64,000 bases of DNA from Lama guanicoe (Eukaryota): positions 1,548,011 through 1,612,010 of the forward strand of contig MU054117.1 in NCBI GenBank assembly GCA_013239625.1, given 5' to 3'. The notes under the pieces were generated by a model. The model searched no databases and was not told where the DNA came from. It was given only the letters and a program-made list of their open reading frames with translations. The position numbers were made by a program, and so were the translations under genes. How positions within the stretch are numbered: the first letter of the stretch is position 1; the number at the start of each line of letters is the position of its first letter. Shown piece after piece: positions 60,641 through 64,000 of this stretch.

Positions 60641-63600
60641 AGGTCTGCAGGTAGCCAGACTTAAATTATGAAAAAAAATATTAAGCCTGCAAAAAAAAAA
60701 TGCCTACAGGATAAAATATGTTATATTTACGCAATTTTAAAATAGCGAAATGCCATATTATTACACACAATTCCACTAATTAGGAAAAACAAACTGGAAA
60801 CAGTAATGACTTCAGGAATAACTGGATGGGACAGAAGAGATTTTTCCCTGTGGACTCTTTTATACCTTCTGATGTGATACACGTGTTAGAAAAATAAATA
60901 TACATCTGATTATTAAGAACAATGTTTTATCTCTCCTTAGTACAAGTATACACTGCCAGGCTGCCTATTTTGTTCTGACTAGAATTTTAAAAATATATAC
61001 TTTAAATTCAATCTAGAGACATGAAAGACTGTAAGAGTCTCACATTTTCCTGCTCTCACACTAGAAAGCATTTCGTCATTCCTCTGTTACTAAACATTAG
61101 AATCAGGCAGAATTCTTTCTTACCCAACACTGACACATCTTTAAACAATGACACAGTTGATCACTCCCTCCTGTGAGAACTTCCTTTCCTTCATTTCTAG
61201 CACATCACACTCTCCTGGTTTTCCTCCTAACACAATGAACTCTTAATCTCCTTTGCTGAGTTCCTCTTCACTTACCCAGAAGGTGTCCTGAAAATAAGTT
61301 CCATGAAGGTGGGAATTTTTGTCAACTTTGTTCATTACTGTATCCGCAATGGCTAAAAAAGTACCCAGAACCATACTCAATAAATAACTGCTGAATAAAT
61401 AAATGAATGAATCAGTGCCCCAAGGCTCAGATTTTGAAGAGCCATTGAAATAAATTATATTCCACATAACCTGTATACTAAATTTACTTTATTACATTTT
61501 ATTTCTCTGAAAAACTATAATCAATATACTGTTTATTATTTTATTAACCAAGATACGTCATTCCCTGGTCCTTCTCCACCAATGTTTTTGATAAAGTATG
61601 TGCAAAACACACATTTAACAGCTCTTATACTACTTCAAAAAGCACAAACGTACCATAGAAAAAGAGCAGTTGTTGCTATAAGAAACTTCACTTTTGTTTC
61701 CAGTACTAATGCTGAATTCACAGACTGACATACTTATCTGACTTAAGCAATTAAAAAAAAGGAACACCCCAGTAGGCTCAACAAGAATATCACAGTAATG
61801 ACTAGCAAGCGACATTTCTGGAAAACTAAAATGTACTGTTTTCTTCAGGCTTAAGAGATTCTAAAGAGAAATAGATCACTTCTATCCTACACTTTTCCCA
61901 AAATCATGATTGCATTCCTACAAGGAGAATCACATCCCACCGTCAATCATGCAAATGTCATTTTAGCAATACAATTTCACTCAATACCTTAGTTCACATT
62001 TGTCCTTGTGTGTACCCAATTAAATCAAAACATAATTTAAAAGCCAAAACTAGATATGTGAATTTTAATTTTTCCTTCCAAGAGACTAACCCAAAATCAA
62101 AACTATTCCTGTACTAACCTAAAATCTGATCTGGGTACAGTTAATTAAATCTTTTGCTTATAATTACAAATTGAACAAAACACCCTTTCTCACTTAATAG
62201 CGATTATCATCTGTTTCCTATAAGTCTCTTCAAGCAGAAGTATTTGCTGGAAGATAATAGTCTGCTCACTAAGTAGGCATGTTAAAAGAGGCAATGATTT
62301 GCAACTACTGACACTCACTCTGTATATTTCTCTCTTGGGTTACAGGAAAGCACTTCTCTGGCTAGGTTCCCAAGTAAATTGAGTAAGCCTTGAGAAAGTC
62401 ACTGCTTAAATTCCATTTCATGACGGTTCCTCTTCCTCCATAAATGAATTATTGAGAGTCATGCCTACTTACATCCTTTACATAATACATGTCCATCACA
62501 GGATCTGTTTTCCGAGCAAGAAATAGCTTAAGTGACACTGAGAGGTAAGGCCAGTTAATACTGTAATCTAATAGGAAGTAGGAATCCAGAAAAGATTCTG
62601 ATTTAATGTGCTAGGTTGCGAAACACTGATGAGAAGAACGTTGAACACTGTTTACTCTTAGTAACATCTCCCTACAGTGAGACACATGCCCCTAAATGTT
62701 ATTAGAGTATTTAAAAAGCACTTGACTCCAAGAACATTTCTCAGAAATTGAGAGATTTACCAAAAATAAAATCCAATTCACTTATCAAATGTCCAATAAA
62801 GCCATGTACAACTGAGAAACAAAAATAATCTCCAATAACTGTTGAACACAAAGTAGCTAAATGTCAAGGTCTACTGAAAGATGAGTTATAAAAGACAGCT
62901 GTGCTTTAAAACATTTAAGCATTTTTCACACAATTAGCGCCAAGAGAACGGTTCAAACAGTGCATTTTATCCAGCCAAAGCAGCCAACCACAACCACCTG
63001 CAACTATTTCTCAGAAATGTGGCTTCCAAAGCAACCACCTGATCCTCGGGCCTTCTCTTAAGGGGCCAGGATAAACTCTAGGTGGAACATAGACCATTTA
63101 GGCAAAGAAAAAAGACTGGAAGATAACACCTTTAAGGAACTGAATGTAATGGGACCTCTTTCCTAATGTTGCTGCCAGAATGAAGTTGTCTTAACCCAAG
63201 ATCTCGTTCTTCTTGAAGGATTTAAAAGTCTAAATCCATCCACGCTCACAATTTACCCACCCCGACCCAAAAGCAGAGGGTTCTCTTCCCTCCTCGACCC
63301 CCACCCATCCCGCCAGGAGGGAAAAATAAAAATAAACCCCCCAAATCCTAAAGTAGAAATGGGAGCCCCAGTGCAACAGCTTTTCCAACTGCCTCAAAGG
63401 CAACATCCACAGCTCATCCTCCTCCTGAAACCCACCCTTCACATCCCACCCAACCCCTCCACACAAGGGAAAAAGGCAAGAATTCTCACCTCTCCGAACG
63501 CGGTGCTGGAGCACCTGAACCCCAGACCCGCCCGACCGCACCCAGCCTCCTCGCGGCTCCCCGCGCGCGCCGCGCCCGCAACATCACGCCTCAGGAGCCG

Positions 63601-63802
63601 GCGCCCCGCGCTCCCCCGGNNNNNNNNNNNNNNNNNNNNNNNNNNNNNNNNNNNNNNNNNNNNNNNNNNNNNNNNNNNNNNNNNNNNNNNNNNNNNNNNN
63701 NNNNNNNNNNNNNNNNNNNNNNNNNNNNNNNNNNNNNNNNNNNNNNNNNNNNNNNNNNNNNNNNNNNNNNNNNNNNNNNNNNNNNNACCGCGGCCGCCTC
63801 AC

Positions 63803-63900
63803 CCTCCTCAGGGCTGCCGCTGCCGCTGCCTCCCGGGCGCCGCCGCCGCCGCCACTACCGCCGCCGCCGCCACAGCCACAGCTCGGCCCGGGGACCCGAC
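63803..63900 (-). other. ERC1: Probable non-coding exon 1 of ERC1; TSS position not determinable
   Basis: GC-rich segment with GGC repeats inside the CpG island, ending in the donor GAGG|GTGAGG at 63803/63802. Confidence 0.65.
63839..63871. repeat. Interrupted (GCC)n trinucleotide repeat in the putative exon 1
   Basis: (GCC)5-ACTACC-(GCC)4, read directly. Confidence 0.9.
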
Positions 63901-64000
63901 GTCACCGCGCCCCGCCCCCTGCGCGAGAACCAGCCCCGCCCCGGCCTCGACGTCAGCGCGAGCCCCGCCCCAGCCCGACGTCAGCGCGAGCCCCGGCCGC

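Larger units (their letters stand above)
63490..64000. promoter_or_regulatory. CpG island / ERC1 promoter with GC boxes and CRE-like GACGTCA motifs
   Basis: Very high GC and CpG density. CCCCGCCCC boxes near 63910, 63934 and 63963. GACGTCA at 63898, 63949 and 63977. Interrupted by an N gap at 63620-63786. Confidence 0.9.

Noticed and set aside
63584..63802. 72-aa ORF across the CpG island
   Set aside because: Mostly N gap, so an artefact.
1..64000. Prokaryote-type systems (CRISPR arrays, operons, defence islands) or a novel multi-gene system
   Set aside because: The DNA is mammalian and intronic. There are no regularly spaced repeats or clustered long ORFs.

Overview
Mammalian genomic DNA, most likely a camelid (alpaca/llama/camel), judged from five copies of a tRNA-Ala-derived Vic-1-type SINE. 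The window holds the 5' end of ERC1 (ELKS/RAB6IP2/CAST2) on the minus strand. The CpG-island promoter and non-coding first exon(s) lie at ~63.5-64 kb. The first coding exon is 41103-40285 (223 codons). The remaining ~40 kb (1-40284) is intron, and no further ERC1 coding exon is recognisable. The introns are filled with ordinary repeats (L1, L2, MIR, hAT/Tigger MITEs, MaLR LTRs) and a decayed ERV1-class provirus at ~8.4-12.9 kb. I see no convincing new multi-gene system. The best oddities are: (1) a semi-processed RPS3 retrocopy that keeps the 3' end of the snoRNA-hosting intron while its last intron is spliced out; (2) a ~200 bp local inverted duplication able to form a hairpin in ERC1 pre-mRNA; (3) an L1 with an apparent short 3' transduction; (4) a polyadenylated MaLR-LTR fragment that looks retroposed by L1 into a MER5; (5) a two-codon uORF whose Kozak context is completed by splicing. 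Repeat family names and boundaries come from visual recognition and are approximate. No searches were run.
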